64,000 nucleotides of DNA, taken from positions 32,001-96,000 of IMG/VR virus record IMGVR_UViG_3300038679_000357. One strand, 5' to 3'. The position numbers and the translations under genes are program-made. The notes beneath the pieces were generated by a model. The model ran no database searches. It was not told where the DNA came from and saw only the letters and a list, made by a program, of their open reading frames with translations. Position 1 is the stretch's first letter. The number at the start of each line of letters is the position of its first letter. Below, piece after piece: positions 7,031 to 16,676 of the stretch. The DNA is from a virus (taxonomy: Duplodnaviria > Caudoviricetes).

Positions 7031-8067
7031 TGCTCATCTTCCTTGATTTCGATTAAATTATTATCTTCCATCATGCGAGCCCGCATCCATCGACGACATT
7101 GATTGAGAATGCGTTTATCAACGAAATCCATATGTTTGTCGACCATCATTTGACGAACATCCTTATCGTAAATACCAAGATGACGTTGTTTACTGACGTT
7201 AGACAAATATGGTAGTGCGTCATCCATGCTGATCTTCCGTCTTTTATACATATACAACCAATGCATATTAGCGACGAAAACAGCGTTTTTAGCCTTTTTC
7301 CCGATTTTTATTGGAAGTTGCTTCATCCAGTAATCAAACAAAAGCGGCGGCATCATATGCATGTACAGGGCGAGATAGAAAATACTAACGAGTAATTTCT
7401 CTGTTGGATAGCGTTTCTTATTCTGCTTGCGATCGTAAATAATTCCGAGAGCATCCAACGTTTTTTTACATGCTGGCTTCAAGGAGATATATAAAGTACC
7501 ATCAATCGAGATCAATTCTCCACCAGCAAGCATTCCGGCAAATAACTGTTCAATATTGTTTTCCTTTTTCACGAGAAGGAATGGTATACCTCGTGTTCGG
7601 ACAATGTATTTAGCCCATTTCCCAGTAAACTTCGCGAACTCTACGCGACAAGATCTAAGAAAATCAACTACCTGTTTGCGCCTCGTAACACCAACAAACT
7701 CCACAGACGGATACATAACATTTTTGCCACTGACATAAGCGCCTCCTGCAATAATGAGTCCTTCCATAAAATCACGCGAACAAGGAATATAGGTCGGCAT
7801 TGGCATTTCGGCTATTTTACGTTCAAGACGTTTTATTCCGATCGTTGTATCAACGATATCAGAGCGAATGCCCACGCACCGTTCATACAATCCATATTTT
7901 TTCCACAATGGAAGAAGAGCGGTGACGTTCTCAATTTTATCGCCGGAATTGGTGGAGAGAATATATTCGGCAATCACTTTTGTGACGTCTTCTCTATCTA
8001 CTTCAGATAATATCTTGCTTTTTTCTCTATGCATAACTAGAAGATATATCCTGTGCAGAGTTTTCAA
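7027..8067 (-). CDS. Hypothetical protein
   Basis: 346-aa ORF; ATGA overlap with the dNMP kinase start; exact start uncertain. Confidence 0.7.
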   Translation of the reverse strand: MKTLHRIYLLVMHREKSKILSEVDREDVTKVIAEYILSTNSGDKIENVTALLPLWKKYGLYERCVGIRSDIVDTTIGIKRLERKIAEMPMPTYIPCSRDFMEGLIIAGGAYVSGKNVMYPSVEFVGVTRRKQVVDFLRSCRVEFAKFTGKWAKYIVRTRGIPFLLVKKENNIEQLFAGMLAGGELISIDGTLYISLKPACKKTLDALGIIYDRKQNKKRYPTEKLLVSIFYLALYMHMMPPLLFDYWMKQLPIKIGKKAKNAVFVANMHWLYMYKRRKISMDDALPYLSNVSKQRHLGIYDKDVRQMMVDKHMDFVDKRILNQCRRWMRARMMEDNNLIEIKEDEQ

Positions 8068-8101
8068 GAAAAATCAACAACATATCTGCATGTTCAGATA
8101 T

Positions 8102-9370
8102 TTAAGGATCAATACATGTGAATGTTAATGTTGGCGGGCAACTGCCAAAATAACAAGTGTTAAGCGTTGCCAAACCAACCGGGCATTCAATACTACCGAA
8201 TGTATAATTAGCGAAAAATCCTCCGGAACCAATATCTCCAGTCCACGATCCAAGTCCGCCGTAAATGCTAGATCCTGTAAGATCCCCATTCCAGGTGCAA
8301 CTGCCTTCGCTAACCCATCTTGAATAATGCTCACCTAACTCCAAACAATATAAATTTTCGCAACAATCTGTGCAATCATCAATAACTATAGAAAAAGAGG
8401 AACTACTGGATGACAAACTGGATGAGCTAAAAGATAAGCTAGATGAGCTAAAAGATAAGCTAGATGAGCTAGAAGATAAACTTGATGAGCTAGAAGATAA
8501 ACTTGATGAGCTAGAAGATAAACTTGATGAGCTGGACGACAAACTGGATGAGCTAGACGACAAACTTGACGAACTTGACGACAAACTGGATGAACTTGAC
8601 GACAAACTGAATGAGCTGGAACTACTGGACGAGCTACTGCTTGAACTTGATGTTAACGACACTGAGACTAGAAACGTAATATCATCGTCAAGATCAGAAT
8701 AAATCGATGTGAATGTGTAATATAGCCCGCCATAATAGAAAATATTGTGATCAGTCAGTTCAATTTCAACTCCATACACGACCAATACACCGTCTTCGTT
8801 TCTGACCTCAAACGGGATGCCGTTAACAAACAAGGTCATATAGCGATTTGTTTCCATATGGGATCGGAAACAAGCGAATTCGCCATCATAAAGGGCAATC
8901 GACCTTTCGTCACCTTCATTTACTAACGGACAACTAATGTAAGCGTCACTGGAAGAGCTGCTAAAAATTGGTGTTTCTGTGTAAGAGAAAGTCCAATCAA
9001 ATCCAACCTCACCTTCATTTACGCCAAGAGAAGTGGACAATCTAAGGTAAACGTAGGCAGAGCAATAGCCATCGATCATGGGAACTGATAGGGAAGTAGA
9101 CGAAGAGGAGAACTCATACGGCAATTCGCCATCAACCACTTCAAACGTATCTGATACCCAATATTTCAGAACTCCATCGTCAAGAATCAAAGATTTCGGA
9201 GGAATAACGGTAAACGTCAGATTAGATATTGAATCCACACCTTCAAAACAGACCGACAAAACAACCAGTCGGCTATCAGACCCAGGAGAAGAGGTCCCGA
9301 AGTCTACGTGTGTGATCTCACCGACCGCAGAGCCATCAAATGGATCATGTTGTCTTGTTTTTATCAGCAT
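8102..9370 (-). CDS. Serine-rich repeat protein with Cys-rich C-terminus (putative virion/fibre protein)
   Basis: About 85-aa poly-Ser/(SSSSSSL)n tract between a beta-rich N-terminal region and a Cys/Gly-rich C-terminal region. Confidence 0.75.
   Translation of the reverse strand: MLIKTRQHDPFDGSAVGEITHVDFGTSSPGSDSRLVVLSVCFEGVDSISNLTFTVIPPKSLILDDGVLKYWVSDTFEVVDGELPYEFSSSSTSLSVPMIDGYCSAYVYLRLSTSLGVNEGEVGFDWTFSYTETPIFSSSSSDAYISCPLVNEGDERSIALYDGEFACFRSHMETNRYMTLFVNGIPFEVRNEDGVLVVYGVEIELTDHNIFYYGGLYYTFTSIYSDLDDDITFLVSVSLTSSSSSSSSSSSSSFSLSSSSSSLSSSSSSLSSSSSSLSSSSSSLSSSSSSLSSSSSSLSSSSSSLSFSSSSLSFSSSSLSSSSSSFSIVIDDCTDCCENLYCLELGEHYSRWVSEGSCTWNGDLTGSSIYGGLGSWTGDIGSGGFFANYTFGSIECPVGLATLNTCYFGSCPPTLTFTCIDP
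8406..8650. repeat. Degenerate 21-bp tandem repeat (9 full units, 8418-8606)
   Basis: Unit CTNGATGAGCTAGAAGATAAA and variants; encodes S/L/F heptads on the minus strand. Confidence 0.95.
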
Positions 9371-9373
9371 TAT

Positions 9374-9553
9374 CTATTCGTGATAAAGTGGTTTCTTTTC
9401 TGGGAACAACTGCGTATCAATATAGGGAGATGGCTCACCGGGAATATATTTTGGAGCGTCCTCTTTCATATCTCGTATGCGTTTCTTCGACTCTTCTAAT
9501 TTCCGAAAAACTTTCATACCTGGAGTTTCTTCTAATTTTTCTTTTCCGCTCAT
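9374..9553 (-). CDS. Small hypothetical protein (59 aa), absent from the ORF track
   Basis: MSGKEKLEETPGMKVFRKLEESKKRIRDMKEDAPKYIPGEPSPYIDTQLFPEKKPLYHE; stop is 3 nt before the next ATG; promoter-motif variant at 9604-9614. Confidence 0.65.
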   Translation of the reverse strand: MSGKEKLEETPGMKVFRKLEESKKRIRDMKEDAPKYIPGEPSPYIDTQLFPEKKPLYHE

Positions 9554-9606
9554 AACGTCGCACTCGCTTTCTAATTAAACATTGGAGCATCTTTTATAGT
9601 TCAATT

Positions 9607-10218
9607 TTACAACGCGACGAACCTTTCACTCAAAAATTTGGACACTCCTGCAGAATTCATTAAATAAAGATTGACGGCATGAATTCCACAGACAACCTCT
9701 GAAGTCAATCTTGGCTGCCGAATAACGTGCGTTCTTGGCTCAACATCCGCATATCGAATCGCCTCCCCATATAGAGACTGCGGCTCTGATCCTACGAGAT
9801 GTAAAATTCGACTGGACGTACAAAAATAACCAGAGATCAGAGCGTTCGTTACAGTATCCACAACATCTTTAGACACTGGATACCATTCTGACTCAGGAAG
9901 TGACTCTCCATCAATAACTCTTTGTACCGCTAAGGCGAACTCCTCAACTAATGAATGAACTCTCACAACAACCCCCTTACCATAGCGAAGAACATTTTTT
10001 TCCATAACGGAGAGAGTCTTTGACGCCATTGAGATAGGATTTACCTTGGATGACTCACTATGCATCCCGCCAACGCCAAAAACAATTGATTTAGACACAT
10101 AGAAAAAGTAATCATCAGCCGCCATTGCGGCTGTAAGAGAAAGCGACGGAAGCGAAATATTCCTTTCGATAAGGAGTGACTCGCTTCCGTCGGCAGACGT
10201 GTTGCAATAGGTAAACAA
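9607..10218 (-). CDS. Hypothetical protein
   Basis: 203-aa ORF in the co-oriented gene run; start uncertain. Confidence 0.6.
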   Translation of the reverse strand: MFTYCNTSADGSESLLIERNISLPSLSLTAAMAADDYFFYVSKSIVFGVGGMHSESSKVNPISMASKTLSVMEKNVLRYGKGVVVRVHSLVEEFALAVQRVIDGESLPESEWYPVSKDVVDTVTNALISGYFCTSSRILHLVGSEPQSLYGEAIRYADVEPRTHVIRQPRLTSEVVCGIHAVNLYLMNSAGVSKFLSERFVAL

Positions 10219-10230
10219 ACGTTCAGTTCG

Positions 10231-10785
10231 TTAGAATAGCTCCTTGCCGGAGATTTCTTCATCTCCATCCGCATCCGCATCATCCAACAATTGCTGGAAT
10301 TGACGATTGTGATCGTCAACGCTGTTCGACTCCTTTTTTTCAGAAGTTTCTGCATGAGCTTGCGTTACGGGAAGAGTTTCAGCCACTGAGGTTGGCTGCG
10401 TAGCTGGCTTCGCTTCTTTGGTTAAAAGAGATCCGGCAAGTATTCCGTAGTTCGGAGTTGCGGGATTAACTGAAGAGGCAACAGGTTCTTGCTTCTCGAC
10501 CTCTTGACCAGGCTCGTTAGCAGAATTAGGCTCGTTAGCTGGTTCAGATTCGTTGATCTTATCATCAGTAAAAAGTGGAACTGGAATGAGATTGTATGTG
10601 ACAATCTGTTCCGACTTCACGGGGGTTAAAAACCTCGCTGGAACATATACCAACCCTGGATTCGCCTTTGCCAAATTATTAGCAGTGACAATGGCGTCCT
10701 TCTGAGAAAACGAATTTGAGGAAGTATACACCAATGTTGCGTGTGCCACATCGTAATGCAGAACGTAGAATTCTTCTTTTGCCAT
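10231..10785 (-). CDS. Hypothetical protein with low-complexity acidic/Pro-rich C-terminal half
   Basis: 184-aa ORF with SD GAGG. Confidence 0.7.
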   Translation of the reverse strand: MAKEEFYVLHYDVAHATLVYTSSNSFSQKDAIVTANNLAKANPGLVYVPARFLTPVKSEQIVTYNLIPVPLFTDDKINESEPANEPNSANEPGQEVEKQEPVASSVNPATPNYGILAGSLLTKEAKPATQPTSVAETLPVTQAHAETSEKKESNSVDDHNRQFQQLLDDADADGDEEISGKELF

Positions 10786-10799
10786 AAAACACCTCTCTT

Positions 10800-11411
10800 T
10801 TAGAATGTGAATTCTTCACATATGTCGATTACATTACCAGCCTTTGCCTTTTCAAGACATAAGGCTAAAACATTCAATGAGCTTTTTGCATCTCCTAACC
10901 CACGATGCCCACCATGAACAATACCATATACCTTGCAAAGAGTTTCCAGCTTATGATCTGGGGAACTCAAATATTTTCTAGCAAGGATTAGAGTATCCGC
11001 GATATATATCTTACTTCCGGAAGGAAATGGATGACCAGCTCGACGACATGCAGTAACAATGAATTCGATGTCGAATTTCTTTACATTATGTCCGACAATA
11101 ACCGTTTTGAGATCAATTCCATTCCCCTTTCTCACGCCAAGGAGAAAATCACGATATCGCGGAGCCTTTTCAGCAAATGTGACAAGCCCACTTCTCTCCT
11201 CATCAGTTATGCCATGTGCTGCTAAGGCTCCGGGCTTACTGACACCACCGCCAAACATTTTGGAATGCTCCCAAGATACCCGTCCTTCAATAACCTCTAC
11301 GAGACCTATTTCAATAATTGTATCCTGATCTTTTGACACGCCAGTGGTCTCAATGTCCCCGGCTATCAAAACCGTACCTTTAGTCATCCTTATAAATTCA
11401 TCTCTATCCAT
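10800..11411 (-). CDS. dnaQ: DEDDh 3'-5' exonuclease (DNA Pol III epsilon-like)
   Basis: DIETTG (ExoI), GHNVKKFD (ExoII), HRGLGDA (ExoIII). Confidence 0.88.
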   Translation of the reverse strand: MDRDEFIRMTKGTVLIAGDIETTGVSKDQDTIIEIGLVEVIEGRVSWEHSKMFGGGVSKPGALAAHGITDEERSGLVTFAEKAPRYRDFLLGVRKGNGIDLKTVIVGHNVKKFDIEFIVTACRRAGHPFPSGSKIYIADTLILARKYLSSPDHKLETLCKVYGIVHGGHRGLGDAKSSLNVLALCLEKAKAGNVIDICEEFTF

Positions 11412-11412
11412 T

Positions 11413-11970
11413 TTACCCACCGCCCTTTTTATCGATATTTGTTTTCTTTTCTGGAACCTTCAATAATTTGATCATATCTGCATCAGTCAATACAACTTCT
11501 TCGGTTGGCTCTTTTGGAGTATATTGTTTTACTGGCGCTGGTCGTGGCGTCCCAACAACTCCTGCGTCTACAACCCCTGAGTTCTCCGGCGGAACATGTT
11601 TTTGAGCAAATGTAAGAGGGACTTTGACTATGGGACTACCTTCTTGCGAAGAAGTGTCCTGGGGGATTGGCTGAGGGATTAGGTTGGTAGCTAGTTGAAG
11701 AATTGGTTGATCAGCTTCGTTTGCCGGGCGAGACGCACTCATGCTTTTGACTGTTTCTTTGGCGATATATTTTGCTGCTTCAACCCACTTCATAAACGAA
11801 GATTGAGGGTCATCTGAAATAATAGTCGATGGTGCTGCCGTAATGATATCATGTTCTTTTGGCATTTTTTTCAGAAGCGCCAATTCTTCCTGAGAATAAA
11901 GAATAACCACCGGTTCAGTAGATGAATTGACTACGCGAATGCCATTCGCGTCTTTTGTGACAATAATCAT
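11413..11970 (-). CDS. Hypothetical Pro-rich protein
   Basis: 185-aa ORF with SD GAGAG. Confidence 0.65.
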   Translation of the reverse strand: MIIVTKDANGIRVVNSSTEPVVILYSQEELALLKKMPKEHDIITAAPSTIISDDPQSSFMKWVEAAKYIAKETVKSMSASRPANEADQPILQLATNLIPQPIPQDTSSQEGSPIVKVPLTFAQKHVPPENSGVVDAGVVGTPRPAPVKQYTPKEPTEEVVLTDADMIKLLKVPEKKTNIDKKGGG

Positions 11971-12055
11971 ACGCTCTCTCTTTTCTCATTTCAGTTTTGA
12001 AACAAGAAAAAATACCAGCAGTTATGATGCATTCAAGGTGAGAAAATGAAAAACA

Positions 12056-13366
12056 TCACAATATCTTTGATGCCAACTCAGCCAACTTACTTCTTTCCCC
12101 TTTGACTAGCTCAATGTGAGCATAAATATCTTGCCCTTTAAATTTATTGATCAAGTAAGAAAAACCATTCGATTCAGAGTCAAGGTATGGGTTATCAATC
12201 TGGTCAATATCTCCGGTCAACACAAGTTTTGTGCCATTCCCAGCACGAGTAATCAACGTTTTGACTTCATGAGGGGTAAGGTTCTGCGCTTCATCTACAA
12301 TCATGAAGCTATTGGCTATACTACGCCCACGAACGTAACTGAGCGGCGCAACGTCCAAATACTCAGACAATTCCAATGTAAGTGGAAGTTGTGTTTTTTT
12401 ACCTCGACGATCCGCCTCTCTGATAGCATCGAGTGCATCATATATTGGGCGCATCCATGGTGCCATTTTTTCATTAAGATCGCCTGGAAGGAACCCAACA
12501 TCCTTACCGACCGGAATTACAGGGCGAGTTATAGTTAATTTTCGCCCCTTAGTTTCTTCTGCGGAAAGAACGTAATGAAGACCGACAGCCATAGCAAGTA
12601 GAGTTTTACCGGTTCCTGCCTTTCCACGCAAAGTCACCACTCGAATTGATTCATCCTGAAGAGCGTCAAGAGCAAATATCTGCTCCATATTTCGCCCCTT
12701 TATCCCATAAAAGTTGGCGTTAAGATTACTGGTTATCCTATGAAGAGACAAACCATCAATACCAACACGAGCCAGACCAAAGTGAGATGAATCTACGTCG
12801 GACTGCATTCTAATGTAATGATTCGCAGGAAGTTTAGAATCGTATTGTACTTCTCCATCATTATGGACTGCATCAATAATGTCTTTCGACAAAACTATCT
12901 CAGAATATCCCTTATAGGAACCAATCTTCTGCCTATCTTTTTTGTAATCTTCAGCAGGAACATCAACGCCGTCAGCGCGTATTCTGAGGTTAATATCTTT
13001 AGTGACAACAACAGTTCGCAAACCACTACCTATTGCCATTTTATGCGCTGTCGTTAATAATTGATTGTCTACAATAGTGAGATCAAGTCCAAGACCATTT
13101 TTCATATGTTGAATGACGAATATCTTACCTCCATTATCCAGAGCGACGCCTTCTTTGAGATGTCCTTTTTCCCGCAATCCATCAAGATGTCTGGCAATAT
13201 TCCTGGCATTTGCTCCTATTTCGCCTGGATGAGTCTTGAATTTGTCCAACTCCTCAAGAACCGACACCAAAATATAGACATTATTATCTTCAAAAGCGAA
13301 GATCGAATACGGGTCGTGAAGGAGAACGTTTGTGTCAATGAGGTAGTTCTTTATTTTCCCACTCAT
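12056..13366 (-). CDS. phoH: PIN domain-PhoH family ATPase (PhoH2/YlaK-like)
   Basis: IDTNVLL PIN motif; GKAGTGKT; RGRSI; IVDEAQN; GDIDQID. Confidence 0.95.
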   Translation of the reverse strand: MSGKIKNYLIDTNVLLHDPYSIFAFEDNNVYILVSVLEELDKFKTHPGEIGANARNIARHLDGLREKGHLKEGVALDNGGKIFVIQHMKNGLGLDLTIVDNQLLTTAHKMAIGSGLRTVVVTKDINLRIRADGVDVPAEDYKKDRQKIGSYKGYSEIVLSKDIIDAVHNDGEVQYDSKLPANHYIRMQSDVDSSHFGLARVGIDGLSLHRITSNLNANFYGIKGRNMEQIFALDALQDESIRVVTLRGKAGTGKTLLAMAVGLHYVLSAEETKGRKLTITRPVIPVGKDVGFLPGDLNEKMAPWMRPIYDALDAIREADRRGKKTQLPLTLELSEYLDVAPLSYVRGRSIANSFMIVDEAQNLTPHEVKTLITRAGNGTKLVLTGDIDQIDNPYLDSESNGFSYLINKFKGQDIYAHIELVKGERSKLAELASKIL

Positions 13367-13421
13367 GAAAAAATCCTTGGTTGATTGGTTCGCCTTTGAT
13401 CCCTAAAAAGAATGATTATCA

Positions 13422-13775
13422 TCACTCTTCTTCGTCATCGTCCTGCTCTTCATCCTCGTCTGTATCGTCCGGCGAATCACCTCCCTCATCCTCCATGAAT
13501 ACATCCATATCATCTTGAAAATCAAAGTCATCATCGTGAGAAAAATCAGTTTCAACGAGCCGTTCGAGAGCCATTCTTTCCATTTCCGAATCGGTGTTAT
13601 AGATTTTCATCGGTCTACCGGCATTATCGTAGGCATACAAACAAAAACAACCGAAAATCTCAGACAATCTTGAAGCAACATCCTTCACCATGTCAAAGGG
13701 AACAATAACTGGGGTTTCACTTGACTGATTGTCAGTATCGTATGTGACCCCTTTTTTAAGGGCATATCTGGACAT
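13422..13775 (-). CDS. Hypothetical protein with highly acidic C-terminal tail
   Basis: 117-aa ORF with SD GGAGGA. Confidence 0.7.
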   Translation of the reverse strand: MSRYALKKGVTYDTDNQSSETPVIVPFDMVKDVASRLSEIFGCFCLYAYDNAGRPMKIYNTDSEMERMALERLVETDFSHDDDFDFQDDMDVFMEDEGGDSPDDTDEDEEQDDDEEE

Positions 13776-13817
13776 ATCGTTCCTCCCTTTCGCGTGGCGG
13801 GCTACACCGTCATTATT

Positions 13818-14927
13818 CTAAATGTTGCCATCATGTCCCTTTTGCTTTCTTCTCAACATTTCAGCAACGCGCTCGTTAAACTTTTCCAATTTTGAATGTT
13901 TCGCAGCCTTGATGACATCGACATATTCTCCTGGCTGCATCTTCGGAATGTCAATCTTTACTGTAACAATTTGATCTCCTCGACAACACCCAGGCACAGA
14001 GGAGCCAGTTTCCAAGCCCATTCCGTTCATCCTCAAGCATGTTCCATCAAGAGTGCCAGGTGAAATGTTGATCTCAGCCGCTCCGTCAAGAGTAGGTATT
14101 TTAATGCGTCCACCGCATGCCGCTGTCGGAAAATCTATCCATAAATCACACTTAATGTTCACTCCATCAACCGAAAACAAGCCATCATCAACGGCAACGA
14201 TTTTACAATATAAATCCCCATATTTCCTACTTCTTTGGTCATAATTCCCCTCCCCCTTTGCTTCAAACAAAAGAGAGTTACCTATATGCCCATTTTTTTC
14301 AAAAAGCATAGTACGTCGGTTTTGCACGGTACCAGTGCCACTGCACTCACCGCATGTTGTTTTATTTCTAATTTTTCCATACCCATGACAATGAACACAA
14401 TTAGATCTAATCACGTTCATTGTACTGCACATTGGACATGGAACAATCGCCCCCATTGATCCCCCCAATCCATCGCAAATAGCACATTTTTTCAAAGTCG
14501 AAATCATGCAGTTAAACTTTTTCTGAGCGTAAAACTGCGTCACAGATATGAAAAATTTTACGTCCGTAGGCGGAGCATGAAGCGAAAACGGTGGTTCACT
14601 AGCATTAATTGGTGAATTATAAAAGACGTTAAATGGAGCACCCGTTGTGGTTCCCATATTGTAAAAATTACCAGCATTGCCAGCGTTAAATTTGACATAA
14701 AAATTTCTCCCATGCAACTCTCTATCGTAAGCAGTTCTTTTATTCTGATCAGAAAGGATATCGTATGCATGCGTGATTTCTTTGAACCTGGACTCAGCTT
14801 GAGCCTTGTCCGCCTCGCACTTTATTGTATCAGGATGACATTGCTTCGCAAGAACTTTGAAGGCAGCGCGAATATCGTCCGCTGTTGCGTTTTCGTTCAC
14901 GCCTAATATTTTATACAGATTTTCCAT
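13818..14927 (-). CDS. dnaJ: DnaJ chaperone
   Basis: J-domain with HPD; CxxCxGxG repeats; C-terminal domain with GDLY and IPTLDG. Confidence 0.95.
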   Translation of the reverse strand: MENLYKILGVNENATADDIRAAFKVLAKQCHPDTIKCEADKAQAESRFKEITHAYDILSDQNKRTAYDRELHGRNFYVKFNAGNAGNFYNMGTTTGAPFNVFYNSPINASEPPFSLHAPPTDVKFFISVTQFYAQKKFNCMISTLKKCAICDGLGGSMGAIVPCPMCSTMNVIRSNCVHCHGYGKIRNKTTCGECSGTGTVQNRRTMLFEKNGHIGNSLLFEAKGEGNYDQRSRKYGDLYCKIVAVDDGLFSVDGVNIKCDLWIDFPTAACGGRIKIPTLDGAAEINISPGTLDGTCLRMNGMGLETGSSVPGCCRGDQIVTVKIDIPKMQPGEYVDVIKAAKHSKLEKFNERVAEMLRRKQKGHDGNI

Positions 14928-14980
14928 GGTGTCCTAATATATCGACGATATATTGAAAAAAACGCACAAGGAATAAAAAA

Positions 14981-16675
14981 ATGTGGACGCAAAGATTATA
15001 CAACGCCGAACTCGCTCAAAAACTAACCAAAGAAGGGGTTCTTGAATCGTTTGCAACCATAATCGCCGGAAGAGATAATGGCATTGTCGAAAAAACCGAC
15101 ATTGGCAAATACGCGGCAAAAAACCTAAAAGACATCGACAAGCCATATAATACGGCTGGGATGGAAAAAGCTGTCAAAATCGTCAAAAAAACAGCAACCA
15201 ATGCAAAATGCGCTGTCATCTTTGGAGATTATGACGTTGACGGGATTACATCATCAGTGATCTGCACAAAGATGCTGTTTGAGCTAGGATTTGAAAGAAT
15301 TGTCACCTATCTCCCAAATCGCATTGATGATGGATATGGCTTAAATGACGCTTCTATAAAAAATTTCATCAACAAGATAAATGCAGTCGCTGCAGTTCCT
15401 GAGCTTATTATGATCCTCGACTGCGGAACTTCCAGCGAAAAGCAAATTCGCGTCTTAAAATCGACGTGGAATGTTCCCATCATTGTGGTGGACCATCATA
15501 TTATTGAAGAGGCTGATTTCTCAAAATCTGCCGACGCTGTCGTAAACTACAGGTTAAATGATAGCCACCCATTTTGTACTGCTGGCTCTATGTATCAGTT
15601 TGCAAGAGCTGCGTTAAAACCTTTCGACTCGCAAAAATACATCATGCATGCTGCAATTGGCACAGTAGCAGATGTATGTATGATGCAAGGATCAAATCGC
15701 ATTATTGTACATAATGGAATCGCCGTCTTAAAGAATACAGATGATTGCGGACTGAGTTCGCTACTTTCAGCATGCAATATCAATCGAAGTAAAATTGACG
15801 AAGACACTATTGGTTTCTCTATCGCACCAGTGCTGAACGCCGCCGGACGACTTGCAGACCCAATGGTCGCATACGAACTATTGACATGTATAGACTCAGC
15901 CGATGCGAACAGGCTTTCATATGACCTCGTAGCAACCAATGAGCGTCGTAAAGATCTTCAACGAGAAATTATCAAATCTGTCGAATATAGCATAAAAGAT
16001 CAAATGAAGGGGAAGGATAGCATTGTTGCGATTGGAGATTGGCATGGTGGTATTGTTGGTATTGTTGCTGGTCAGTTAGCGGAAAAACATAACGTACCAG
16101 TGATTTGCTTCGGACGCGACGAAAACGGTCGAATCACCGGCAGCGGAAGATCCAAGACAGGAATACACATTAAAAAAGCAATGGATAATTGCTCCGAGCT
16201 ATTCTCCAGATACGGAGGACACGAACAAGCGGCTGGAGCGACATTGAAGCCAGAGTGTATTGATACTGCGTGGGATTTGTTTGATGCCGCCGTAAAGAAA
16301 CAGATTTCCGAGAACAAAATTGAGAAAACCGGTACTCCGTATGATGTGAAAATTGATATTTCGCAATTCAGGATGATCAATACGTCTTTCTGTGAGAGAC
16401 TGGCGATGATCGGTCCGTTTGGGCAAGAGAATAGAAAGCCTATTTTCAGAGTTGACGGAATTACGTGTAAGTCAGCTTATGCTTGGTCCAGCAACAAAGG
16501 CGGAGGTGTCGTTTTCCAAGAGAACGATATAGATTCATTCGCCATGGTTCCAGACGTCGACAAAATTCTTGGCGGAAAGAGAGTTGATATATTGTTTACC
16601 ATAGAACGATCGTTCAAGGATTCAATTGAATGGTCAATTAAGGTGCAGAACGCAAGATTGGCGGGCGCAGGCTGA
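14981..16675 (+). CDS. recJ: ssDNA-specific exonuclease RecJ
   Basis: GDYDVDG, DCG, DHH, GTVAD, PVLNAAGRL, GSGRS, GGHEQAAG, PFGQEN. Confidence 0.96.
   Translation: MWTQRLYNAELAQKLTKEGVLESFATIIAGRDNGIVEKTDIGKYAAKNLKDIDKPYNTAGMEKAVKIVKKTATNAKCAVIFGDYDVDGITSSVICTKMLFELGFERIVTYLPNRIDDGYGLNDASIKNFINKINAVAAVPELIMILDCGTSSEKQIRVLKSTWNVPIIVVDHHIIEEADFSKSADAVVNYRLNDSHPFCTAGSMYQFARAALKPFDSQKYIMHAAIGTVADVCMMQGSNRIIVHNGIAVLKNTDDCGLSSLLSACNINRSKIDEDTIGFSIAPVLNAAGRLADPMVAYELLTCIDSADANRLSYDLVATNERRKDLQREIIKSVEYSIKDQMKGKDSIVAIGDWHGGIVGIVAGQLAEKHNVPVICFGRDENGRITGSGRSKTGIHIKKAMDNCSELFSRYGGHEQAAGATLKPECIDTAWDLFDAAVKKQISENKIEKTGTPYDVKIDISQFRMINTSFCERLAMIGPFGQENRKPIFRVDGITCKSAYAWSSNKGGGVVFQENDIDSFAMVPDVDKILGGKRVDILFTIERSFKDSIEWSIKVQNARLAGAG
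14995..15005 (-). promoter_or_regulatory. Recurrent putative phage promoter CGTTGTATAAT (upstream of dnaJ)
   Basis: Exact motif also at 19955, 26903, 41143 and, without the first C, at 48086. Confidence 0.7.
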
Positions 16676-16676
16676 T

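Noticed and set aside
8406-8650. Possible CRISPR array
   Set aside because: The units are contiguous with no unique spacers and lie in frame within a CDS.
8370-8702. Plus-strand ORF encoding perfect (LDELEDK)n heptads
   Set aside because: It is the antisense shadow of the Ser-codon repeat in the 8102-9370 gene, and has a GTG start with no SD or promoter.
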